Assembly (NCBI GenBank): GCA_900088475.1
Contig: FLMG01002581.1
Location: 1 to 41,881 of the forward strand
Length of the DNA stretch: 41,881 nt
Origin: Hyphochytrium catenoides
Taxonomy: Eukaryota; Protista; Hyphochytriomycota
Direction: 5' to 3'
Part shown: piece after piece, positions 1 through 10,627 of the stretch
Numbering within the stretch: position 1 is the first letter of the stretch
How the letters are laid out: every line of letters starts with the position of its first letter
Made by a program: the position numbers and the translations under genes
The notes under the pieces: model-generated
The model's database searches: none
What the model was told of the DNA's origin: nothing
Seen by the model: the letters and a program-made list of their open reading frames with translations, nothing else

Positions 1-267
1 AGTGTGGAGGTGGAAGAGACGACAGTAGTCGTAGGCTATGCATAACGTCTATGCAGTTTCTCCGCTTTTTAGTTTCTCCAACCAGTAACTAAATAAAAGT
101 ACCGTATGGTATAAGAAGTATTTGATTGGCCATATTGTGTAGGGCTCGTCTGATTGGTCACATTGGCCAATCGGATCCATACCATAGGACCGTGATATAA
201 TACTCTACAAGAACAAAGCGTCTGCATCAAGCCATTAAGCCATCACACATTCTCTTACCTCCTGTTG

Positions 268-577
268 TTGCCTGTTGTCCTTTTGCGTATTTGAGAAGAA
301 GATCGAAATATCATTCGGCCATTGACACTCTCGACGATGACAACACTTCGCAGGTCCTGCAGTGCTACGTGACGGTCACCATCGATGATGATGACCGTAG
401 TACTAAGTCATTACAGGGACAAAAGACGAACGACAAACCAATTAAATTTTTAAAAGTAGTCGAGAAGGATTGAGCTACTCATCAACTCCATCCGCCCGTT
501 GTTTTGCCTGTTGTCCTTTGCGTATTTGAGAAGATCGATCTACCACTGTCTTTTTACATTTGGCCTATTGATACTCT
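268..577. repeat. Imperfect direct repeat pair (~35-65 bp), possibly subterminal repeats of a decayed element
   Basis: ttgcctgttgtccttttgcgtatttgagaagaagatcga (268-306) vs ttgcctgttgtcctttgcgtatttgagaagatcga (504-538), each followed by a similar cattYggcc(t)attgaYactct block (312-331 / 557-577). Confidence 0.75.
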
Positions 578-591
578 TCAGACGTTGTAGA

Positions 592-2513
592 CTATAGAAG
601 TGCACTGACCTGCGATCTATTCTTTCCCTGCTTCTTGAAGGCTTTCTTAGGTGGTCTAGTAGATTTTCTCTTCTTGCCTTCACTTCGTCCCACCAGCCGT
701 CTGACTTTGGTCATCTGTTGACGAGTTGGAGGAAACCGAATCACTTGAAGCATCCGAAGAGTTGACGTCATCGGAGGAGTCATCTTTAGAGTTTGGGTCA
801 TCGTCATCTGATACGCTAGATGTAACGCGATTCTTCCGCTCAGTAGTGTTTTTGCCCCTGATTGAGGTGGAGAGAGCTGCTTGGTTATAAAGTAAACATA
901 GAAAAGTGGCCTCAACTGTGGAGTATCTTCTTCAAACAATCTATCAAAAGGAGACCTTGAACAAGCCTATTCAGCGTGATGACCGGAAAGAAGGGTGTTT
1001 GTTATATGCAAAGTGAAGAGGAACAAAGAGTCAGGGACAAGATAGGCAAGCGCACCTCTTTGGCATCTTCTCCTTCTACACCTGAGGCTTTACCAAATCT
1101 GGTTCTGCCGTTGTGCTAATAGTCAGCCTGTTCAGACTAAATAGCAACCAAGACAGGTAAAATCCACCTTAGGTCAAGTACGAGTTCAGCTCCATCTCAC
1201 GTGTCATGGTTGCCTCTGGGCCCTTCTGCTTCCTTTCGCTGTTGGCAGCGATAAGCTCTAAGTCTGACACCAAACTGCTCCAACAATTCTTGAGTCCGAG
1301 AAGCTCTCTCAGTGCTGTCTCTTAACTATTTCATGGTTGCGGAGAATAACACCGGAGAGCGTTTTCTTATGGAACCAAGGGATGGCAAAAGACCACCCTC
1401 ATCCTTCATCGGGAAGGATGTCAGAGGCATCGGTCATATCAGCAGCAGCGAGCACTTCCTTTCAGAGTGCTGAGCTTCGCGGTCACTACCACCATGTATT
1501 ATCAAGCGGCAGTGAATCGGTGAGCAATTGATGCCCATACTCGTTGGACGAGAGTAGGTCATTAAGAAGGATCTCGTCCCATGTCCCCATTCTGGCCCTT
1601 CATCGGTAGGTCATGGTACCCCAACCACTCACGATTATCACTTTTAGAGGGGCTGCTAGATATCATAAGGATACTCCGCGTGCTGGATGTCATAATATGG
1701 AAGGAGATCACTGTCCCCCCCAGACGGAGGTTGGGCCTATTGCTGTGCAAATGAGTACTGCCGCTCTGCCATCGTTGGCGCACGATTGAGCTACCATCCG
1801 CATTCTGTCGCACATGTTCCTTTTAAGCATCCGTATGCACTCTTTAAGTGCACCTCTGCTATCTGCTGCGAAGAAGCTGTCGAGCTTCGCTCCTACTATA
1901 AGTTGGACCATATCTTGATGTACAACAACAAACCGCCTTGTACTCCTCTGTCGGCTGCTGCGACTGCCTCATCACCCACCTGGTACTCGAGGCAACATAG
2001 GCGAAAGCACAGTGAGGCAAGCAGTTGCTCCTCCTCTTTCCTCGTGTCCGCGGATATCTTTCTTGTCTAGCCTAAGACTCCATGGTGTGAGAGTCAAGTA
2101 CAAGGTGTACAGACCATATCAAAACTCAAAGCTACGGAGTGTAATATTGCTCTGCAGCATTCGAAGAGGGAACGAGACACCTCGATATGTTGAGAGACTA
2201 ATAGGGTCCTACTCATTCTTTGATTTAGGTCCGGGTACTTTCATCGTGGGCTCTACTAGCAGGCGAAGGTGCGACGGTAGCCATCTGAAGACTTGGAACA
2301 TACATGTGGCGCCTGTACCTACTCATAGCGCCGCAACCTGGTGGTGGTACCTTCGTTCCCCTCATCAATATACTCATTTACTGATTGAGCGACGCCACCG
2401 CCGCCATCCTTCTGAGACCCTGAGCAAGAATCGCTCTGAATAAATGCTGGGGACGCTGTCCATGAACTGTCGCTGCTGCTGCACTCTTGTCTTGTCGTCT
2501 CAGCAGCATCCAA
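592..2513 (-). pseudogene. Decayed, apparently intronless coding region of unknown family (possible TE or viral relic)
   Basis: Minus strand gives protein-like runs broken by stops and frameshifts (GTWDEILLNDLLSSNEYGHQLLTDSLPLDNTWW**; ETALRELLGLKNCWSSLVSDLELIAANSERK; Asp/Ser-rich tail SDDDDPNSKDDSSDD). No domain recognised. Confidence 0.3.
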
Positions 2514-3313
2514 CCCGGGTCTCTCACGGCTTCCTGGCTCGGGCGGCGGGGAAGTTGTGAAGATGAAAGATGAAGCCCTGACGATCGCTCAGCTGCCATT
2601 AGAGTAACCCTCCATGAGGGCAGCAGACCTCATTTAATTCGTCTTTCTGAGGAGCGACACAGCCAGTTCCACTACCTGGGGATGATGACGTCAAGAAAAG
2701 AGGAGTATAGGTTTGCTTTTCATCATCAGAACAAACAGAATAAAAACAGTCAAGGGATCAAGGGATCGTCATGTATTCCGAATGCAACTACAGGTGTCAC
2801 ACACCAAACAGCGGTAGATCTATCCACCATCAGGAATATGGACAGCCCTCCTGCTCTCCCACCCTACACTGTCAGCCTGCTTGTGTGGGAAGTGTCACTC
2901 GCACACGATCACTCACGGTCACTCTTTGTATGCCGCCACTCCACTGCCACCTCCACGGCTATCCAGTGTGCAAGAGCGTCCTTATGTCGCTTGCGCATCT
3001 CCACGTGCCCTGGTCTATCGCTGCAGGAAGTGAACCTTTACAAGCAAAGGCTCTGACGCCGAGGCTAAGGCTGCTGTCTGAGTGGACAAGCCGAGTGAAG
3101 CGCTTGACCTTCCAGGAGATTCAACAAGGGTTAAGAGCTCTGCCCGCGGTCTTGACACCCTACTGCAGACCGGCTTGTAGCCGGCAGTGCACAAAGGAAA
3201 GAAGTGAAAAGGGCTGTGACAGTCTTCAATCGTTGCATCTGACCTCTCCTCCTGGCTAGCTACATACTCTCATCGTCTTCGGGTTAGAGTAGGGGCTAGA
3301 TTCGAGGGGAATC

Positions 3314-4240
3314 ATGGCAGGGACGGTTAATGCAGCTGGCGGTGCCCTCTGGGGCATCACGATTGCCGTGAGCTTCATCATCGCTTTCTTCGGCTACCGC
3401 TTCCTGAGGCCTACCATGGCAGCATCCAGCTTCATGCTAGTAGGATCAGTGGTCTTCTCTATTATTTATTCGACGACGGACAGTTTAATAGGAGCGTGGA
3501 TCTCATTTCTTGGAACAGGCGCCCTGGCGGCGCTAGCGGCATGGTTTTTGAGAAAGCTAGGAGTCTTTTTCACGGGAGGTTGCGCAGGCCTTTCCTTGGG
3601 CCTACTGGTCTTCTCCGCGGGACTTTATTCCTCGTTCTCTAAGGACTGGCTGCTCGTCATGTGGCTCTCAGTGGGTATCGGAGCCCTTCTAATGGCAGTG
3701 CTCACGTTGGTCTTTGAGCGGTTCATGCTTATCATTGGAACATCTTTGATAGGCTCCTACTACTTTCTCAGAAGCATTGGCTTTTTTGCAGGCTCCTACC
3801 CTTTCTTCGACCGTATGCAAGTAGAGCTATGGGAGCCCATTGAGAACAAGGAGTACCCTTCCTTGCCTTATAGCTTTTGGATCTACTTTGGCCTGACAAT
3901 GGGCCTCTGGGCCGTGTCTACCCTCATTCAGTTTTTGGTAACGGCCAAGGGCATTGACCATCGGGTGCCAACCTCAACCTTCAAGGCGGAGGTAACCGGA
4001 GGCGATGGGACAGAAACGAGCACCCCTCAGACAGGAGCCTATACCCCTCCTACAGCGACTGAGGTGACAGTGCTGGAGAACCCCAAGGCGTCACGTATCT
4101 TTGGCAGGCGGCGGCCGAAGGCTACTCTTCCGCCTCCTGCGGCGCAGGCACTACCTGAAAGGGCAATGGCATCGGTAGCACCGCCCAGTCCAAGAAGACC
4201 AGCAAATGTCGTGAAGGGCCAAGGATGGAACTTAGTTTAG
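3314..4240 (+). CDS. DUF4203 / TMEM198-like multi-pass membrane protein, single exon, 308 aa
   Basis: Intact ATG..TAG ORF with ~7 hydrophobic segments. Motifs FFGYRFLRPT and IIGTSLIGSY..SIGFFAG match DUF4203 family style. Pro/Thr-rich C-terminal tail. Confidence 0.8.
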   Translation: MAGTVNAAGGALWGITIAVSFIIAFFGYRFLRPTMAASSFMLVGSVVFSIIYSTTDSLIGAWISFLGTGALAALAAWFLRKLGVFFTGGCAGLSLGLLVFSAGLYSSFSKDWLLVMWLSVGIGALLMAVLTLVFERFMLIIGTSLIGSYYFLRSIGFFAGSYPFFDRMQVELWEPIENKEYPSLPYSFWIYFGLTMGLWAVSTLIQFLVTAKGIDHRVPTSTFKAEVTGGDGTETSTPQTGAYTPPTATEVTVLENPKASRIFGRRRPKATLPPPAAQALPERAMASVAPPSPRRPANVVKGQGWNLV

Positions 4241-5264
4241 CTAAAAGGGAGCCAAGAGAATGACTGTGAATTTGTACAGAGGACACCTGGCTCGTACGGA
4301 AGACATGAACGAGTAGGACCGGAGCTGTGATTTGCGATATGTGGGCAGGGTTTGACGTCTGGATAGGAAATCTAGCAAGAGCGATGTAAGGAGACAGGAA
4401 CCCTGCCACTGCTTTACCTGAGAGAGCAGATACTTGTATGGTTAAAGAGCTTTTGCCCTTAGGTAGCAGCCTTGTTCTCTGTCCCCTTCGATGACAGTCC
4501 GTTGCCTCTACTGACAACGAGTGTAGCTAGTTAAGACTCTGTAAGCTGTTATAAGGTAAAAGGACAGAGCGTAGGGGTTGCGGATGTTGACATCTACCAG
4601 TACTTGGTTGCGCGAAAATAGCTGACTGGGAAGGCATATGGTGCACTGCTCCCTTTTTATGCTACTGCCACTTGTCTGGAAACTGCGACAACGCTTGCAC
4701 TCTATTCGTCAACCCACCGCGTCATGACAGACCATGACGTCTATCATCCTTGAACTCTGCCGTCTTTCTCTACATAGCATCGCTCGCTCCACAGCCTTGA
4801 GCGGCCTTCATCAGGCACAGCTCAGAGTTGACTCTCACAGGCTGCTGCCGCTACTGCTGCTGCCGCCAGTATGATCTCAAGTGACCTAGGAAGATCTGCA
4901 GCAGAGTGACGGTCTGTGAAGCAGTTCTGAGGCCGCATCGATCATCCGTCCGCACCAACAATCCTCCTTTTGGTGCGGTCTGTGGAGGTCATTATTACCA
5001 CGCCTACCTTAGTACTAGCACATACTAGTGACAACATTATTACTATCGCTGGTGGCTGGCGATGCGGCAATCTTGTTTCTGATCATCGCACAAAAGCATC
5101 TCTTTAGAGACAGAAAGGTCCGATAGCCTCAGACCAACCTGCAGTCTCGCACTCTGGACGATTTCTGAAGCTCCGTCTCTGCCACTGCCACAGAGCAGAC
5201 AGACCTAAACAGCGGTTATTCAGAGTTGCCTGTTTCCTGGTCGCCTAGGCACGTGTCACTAGCT

Positions 5265-8200
5265 ATGCCGCCAAAGAAGGCTAAGAAGGGTGGCAAGCGG
5301 AGAGGTGATGACTCCGAGGAGGAGGTGGAGAAGCCCACACCGGCGCCTGCTGCCGCCCAGACTAGCAATAAGGATAAGAAAGCCAATAGAGCTGCGAAGC
5401 GTGAAGCACGAAAGCAGCGTGGGGCAACGGCATCGGTAATGGAAGTTATCTCTTAGAGCTCTCACTTGCTCTCATCGCATTCCCTCTTTTAGGATGATGA
5501 AGAGGATCCTATCGCCAAGCTCCAGCAAAAGCTTGGCTTGGAAGGAGAAGAAGAAGATGACGAGGAGTATGGAGCTAGGCAAGTGCCAGCTTCATCTAGC
5601 AATCGACAGGAGAAGAAGAAGAAGGCACAAGGCAAGAAGGGCCGACGACAGGTCCGTACATTACAGATTAACGCTTCTGTATGCAAACACTAAGCTGGAA
5701 CTCTTGCTAGCTGTCGGAGGATGAGGAAGAAGACGAAGATCCCATTGCAAAGTTCGCCGCCAAAGTGAACGGAAAGGCAGAGAGTGAGGACGAAGAAGAG
5801 GAACCAGCAGCCCCTATCCCTCAGCCTTCAAAGAAGAAGGGAGGAAAGGGCAAAAAGGACAAGAAGGTAGCCAAACCTCTTAGAGTCGGGGATTGAGCTT
5901 GATGGACGCTTACAGCTCTCTCTGCCACTCTCTGCAGGTTGCTGCCGTAGAAGACGAAGAGGATGATGAAGACCCTATCGCCCGTCTTGCAGCCAAGGTC
6001 AGGCTAGAAGACAGTGAGGACGAAGAGGTGGAGGAAGCACCTGCTATTCCGCAGCCAAGCAAGAAGAAGGCCAATAAGGGGAAGAAGGATAAGGGAGGAA
6101 AGGTGATGTACAATCTCTTTGGGTCTTTGGGTCATGCTGCAGAATTGGATAAGACTGATCTTGTCTCTGCTTGAATTACTGTCCGTGTTGTTGCTTCTGT
6201 CTAGAGCGGAAAGCACTTTGAGGAAGAAGATGAAGAGGAGGATCCCATTGCTAAGCTGGGGTCCAAGCTGAAGGTAGAAGACATGGAGGACGAAGAAGAC
6301 GATCGAGGAGCAACAGCAATCCCTCAGCCGAGCAAAAAGAAGAGTGGTAAGGTGAAGAAAGAGAAGACACAGGTAAGTCCATGACGAGACGGCTTTTTTC
6401 CCTCCAAAGTTGACTCACTTCTCCTCTCGATTTGTTTCCATCGCAATTTTCTCTACCTTGTCTGGTGGAGTCGTCCTCCGTACCTTGCCATGCGCTTATC
6501 TTGCATCCATCCTTGTCTCTCAAATTCTAGGGCGGAAGAAACGCACGAGACGAAGAAGAGGATGAGGATCCGATCGCCAAACTTGCTTCTAAATTGAAGA
6601 TAGAGGATGAGGACGAGGACGAGGCTGTAGTGCCGGTTAGTAAGAAGAAGAGCGGAAAGTCTAGGAAGGACAAGGCAAAGGTGAGAGCAACCATCGGATT
6701 AGGAGGGTTTCTTGCTCTGATCACTTTTACCTTGGTCGCCTCTTATTCATGGCCAGTCCCCTAGCCCAGCACTGGATGAAGATGAGGTGGATGGACAGGA
6801 TGAAGAAGACGTCACCGAGAAGAAGAAGACCAAGTCGAAGAAGGAAAAACATGCGGTGGGAGAGGAACTAGAGGAAAAGCCCTCAAAGGCTAAGAAGAAC
6901 AAGGAGAAGGAGAAAGCGGGCAAACTTCAGGTTCACTTTGCGGACGAAGAAGAGAAAAGCAATGAAGGACCCGAGGACTATGAAAAAGACGAGCTTGAAG
7001 AAGAACGTGAAGAGGAGGCGACAAAGAAGAAGAGCGGAAAGAACAAGAAGCGCTCAGAGAGGGACCAGAAGAAGAAAGACAAGAAGGAGAAGAAGAGTAG
7101 GAAGATAGAAGTAGAGGAAGAGGAAGAAGACAGGGAAGAGGAGGAAGAGGTAAGCCTTCCCTTGTTGGTTCTTCTTCCCATATTCTCGTGCGAGCCTAAG
7201 CGAACCAAACGACTGTTACACTTTTCTAGGAGGAGAAAGAGGAAGAAGAAGATGAGCAACCAGCGAAGGCTCCAGAAGCCCCTGCCAAGCGTTTGACTCA
7301 TAAGGAGAGGAAGAAACTGAAGGAGGAGCAAGAACGTCAAGCTTTCCATGAAGAGCTGCACCGCCTTGCTAATCCGCTGGATGGCTCCCAATTCTCCGTC
7401 TCCCAACCTGAGATTCGAGAGGACGCGAACTGGGAGTATGCCACGGACATTAACATTGAAAGGTTTTCTATCAACGCACATAATAAGCTTCTCTTCGATA
7501 ATGCTAGCCTGCAGATTGTGGCTGGACGGCACTATGGACTAGTGGGTCCTAACGGACAAGGGAAGACGACACTGCTCAAGATGATTGCCACAGGCGAGCT
7601 GCGGATACCGCCGAGCATTGACTGCCTTTACGTTGAACAAGAGGTGGTTGCTGACGAGACTCCGGCAGTAGAAGCGGTACTAAAAGCTGACAAAGAGCGG
7701 TGGAGCCTGCTGGAAGAGGAACGAGAGATCACCAAGGCCCTTGAGGGTAAAATAGATAAGAAGACTGAAGCACAGCTCAATGTGCGTCTCGCCGAAGTGT
7801 ATGACTCACTGAACGCCATCGGTGCTGAGGCGGCAGAGGCCAAGGCTCGGAAGATCCTTTTTGGTCTAGGATTTGACGAAGAGATGCAAGACCGCGCCAC
7901 CAAACACTTTTCAGGAGGATGGAGAATGCGTGTGTCGCTCGCTAGGGCACTTTACGTTGAGCCTACGCTGTTGATGTTGGATGAGCCGACAAATCACTTA
8001 GATCTAAATGCCGTCATTTGGCTGGACGATTATCTGAACAAATGGAAGAAGACGCTGCTGGTCGTCTCGCACGATGCTGACTTCTTGAACAGCGTCTGCA
8101 ATGAGATCCTGCACCTAGACCAGAAGAAGATTTATCAGTACAGAGGAAACTATGATGACTACAAGTTGATGGCGGAGCAGAAGAAGAAGCAGCAGCTAAA

Positions 8201-9502
8201 GGCATGGGAGAAGGAGCAACAGCGATTGAAGCAGCTGAAGAAGTCAATGTCGTCTAAGAAGGCCGCAGAGAACCTTCAGGTACGGACCAGTCCATAACCA
8301 TCTTGGTCCATGGCTAGAGATACTAAGCTGATCTTTGCATATGTGAGCAGAGCAAAAAGAAGCGCGAACCTGGCGCCCGTTCGGACAAAAAGAAGGCTAA
8401 GGATGCCGCAGTGACGGGCGGCAGTGCTGATGTCGAGGCTGTTACTATGACTGAGAGACCGCGCGAGTATCAGGTCACCTTCTTCTTCCCAGACGTGTCG
8501 ATCCTAAACCCGCCAATTATTGAGGTAATGAGATGAACAGTTCTGCGCGGTTGCCTGCTAGTCCTTGAAGTGCTGAGCCGTTCTCCTTGATCGTGGCTGT
8601 AGGTTCGCAATGCGTCGTTTGGCTACCCTGGCGGCCCTCAGCTCTTTCAGGATGTTGACTTCGGTATTGATATGGAGTCACGCGTGTGCATTGTCGGGCC
8701 GAACGGTGTGGGGAAGACGACGTTGCTGAACATGATAACGGGCTTAGTTGAGGTTCGTCAGCACACCAGACGGTAAATTCTGAGCCCTGGCTGACGTTAT
8801 GCTGTTACAGGTGACGGAGGGCGAAGTGCGTCGGAATCCTAGGATCCGACTTGGTCGTTATAGTCAGCACTTTGTGGACCATCTGCCCATGGGAGAGACC
8901 CCAGTCGAATACTTGCGGAGACTTTTCAATGACCAGTCGTACCAGGACGTTCGCAACTTGCTAGGCAAAGTGGGACTAGAGGGCCATGCTCACACAATCA
9001 AGGTAAGAGAGCAATAGCTCTAGTACAGACGTAGAGTGAGGTTGGCATGGCTCTTTCCGGTACATTGATGTACAGAAAGGATCTCTTCCTCACCAGCTTG
9101 TGCTTGCAGGTGAGGGACCTGTCCGGGGGCCAGAAAGCCCGTGTCGTCTTCGCAGAGCTTATTCTCAAGGGTCCGCACATTCTCGTCCTGGATGAGCCTA
9201 CAAATAACCTGGATATAGAGTCCATTGACGCACTCTGCGATGCAATCAACGAATTCAATGGCGGTGTGGTCATCGTTACGCACGATGCAAGGCTCATTGA
9301 GAACACGAATTGTCAGCTATGGGTTGTCGGAGACCAGGACGTGGTAGTTCATGAAGGCGGCTTCCATAAGTACCGTGAGGAGATCCTTGAAGCTCTATCG
9401 AAGCAGGAGGAGGAGTTCGTAAAGAAGAAGCAGGAGGCGGCTGCAAAGAAGCAGGCGCAGGTTGCAGCTCGGGCAGCGGATGCAAGAGCCGCGCTTAAGT
9501 AG
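5265..9502 (+). CDS. ABCF1: ABC-F family ATPase, ABCF1/ABC50-like (soluble, translation-associated), 12 exons, ~1106 aa
   Basis: Exons 5265-5435, 5493-5651, 5711-5866, 5938-6102, 6205-6372, 6531-6680, 6757-7149, 7230-8279, 8351-8524, 8603-8752, 8811-9002, 9110-9502, all GT-AG and in frame. NBD1: [44 protein letters not shown]2: [38 protein letters not shown]. No TM segments; long K/E/D-rich N-terminus typical of ABCF1. Confidence 0.92.
5493..6680 (+). repeat. Five tandem exon-encoded 50-56 aa repeats (E/D-rich - DPIA[KR][LF] - E/D-rich - P..KKK basic tail)
   Basis: Exons 2-6 of the ABCF gene each carry one copy: [99 protein letters not shown]. Confidence 0.9.
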
Positions 9503-10003
9503 AGTGCTAGATTGGGAAAGAGGGTTTCTAGGCAGTGAGAGGCACGGTCAGCCTACTGCTTGTGCTCCTTTCACTTGGTTGGGGAAGAGTTTATTAGTCT
9601 GTGGCCGTTGTACGCTGGCCCTTATCTTTGAGACGCAGATATCAATCTATGAAGATTCAGCGCACTGTTAGCCGTCATCTTGTCCAGGCCCTAACGTATT
9701 TTAAAAGAGCGCCTCCAACATCAAGCTGCAAGGAGACTGGGTCATAGAGTCTGAAGGTCCACGTGCCCTGCTTTTCTGCTGCGCTCCAACGAGCCCTAGT
9801 GTCTGCAATATAAACGTAAGCTCTGATAATCGGAGGACCTCGCTCCGCCCACCACATATGGACGTGTGAGCCCCTACAAAGACTATATATTCTACCATCC
9901 CACGCAGGCTTGAGAGCTGCAGCTGCCGATGCAGGAGCGGCGGGGCAGCTTCTGATCTCTCTGCGGCAGTCACAGATCACATATCCCATGCCGCCAGAGA
10001 CGC

Positions 10004-10037
10004 TAACGGCTACCTCCGTGAGAAACCCTGGCCGTTA
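10004..10037. promoter_or_regulatory. Inverted pair of MSA-like (AACGG core) motifs upstream of the E(z)-like gene
   Basis: TAACGGCTA at 10004-10012 and TGGCCGTTA at 10029-10037 in the ABCF-E(z) intergenic region. Confidence 0.35.
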
Positions 10038-10627
10038 ATGGCTAAGACCTCTAAAGATTTGTTGAGGCTTGAGAAGGCCTTGAAGCTGCAAGGCGAGGGT
10101 GAGAGATGAGAGATCATCGGGGCTGCCACCTGCCACAGAGCACAGAGCTCTCCACACAGCCTCCGCGGTTTGTTGTCTGCTCGATGTGGTTGAGCTTTCC
10201 TTAGGGCGGGCTAATAGAGGCTGCCTCAAGGGCACCCAAGGCAAAGCAAGCAGCTCCACTGCGGGAGCGCAAAGCTATCGGTTGATGGGTAAAGGAGATG
10301 TGATGCTGGACCTCCATGGCCTCGTCGACACTGCTCTCAAGGTCCTACTCTGTGCACAGGGTTGTCTCGAGCCCCGTTAGGCTTTAGAGGCGCGGTACCT
10401 CAGCTTACCATAGCAACGATAGGACAGGGCCACGGATAGCCAAAGTATCTGGACCAGCTTATCTGACATCTTCAATGACATCTTTCCGCACCCGAGGCAC
10501 CTAATACTATGGCCAGCAGCGCGATCTAGTTTCCAGCGAGAGAGCTGTTGCTTCATCGAGTGATGGTGAGAGTATCGAGAAAACTTGCTCGTCTACGCGC
10601 GCTAGTTCTAACGTTTCGTTCTCGTAG

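Noticed and set aside
2682-3259. Overlapping plus-strand ORFs (124 and 162 aa), Cys/His-rich
   Set aside because: No coherent zinc-finger spacing or splice link to the DUF4203 gene; probably non-coding or relic DNA.
5259-7903. Minus-strand Ser/Phe/Leu-rich ORFs (e.g. 6978-7532)
   Set aside because: Antisense shadows of the GAA/AAG-rich ABCF exons.
9675-10259. Two minus-strand ORFs (10259-10035 and 9989-9675) in the same frame separated by one TAA
   Set aside because: No ATG at the upstream start, no recognisable motif, and it overlaps the likely E(z) promoter and ABCF 3' region; most simply a chance open frame.
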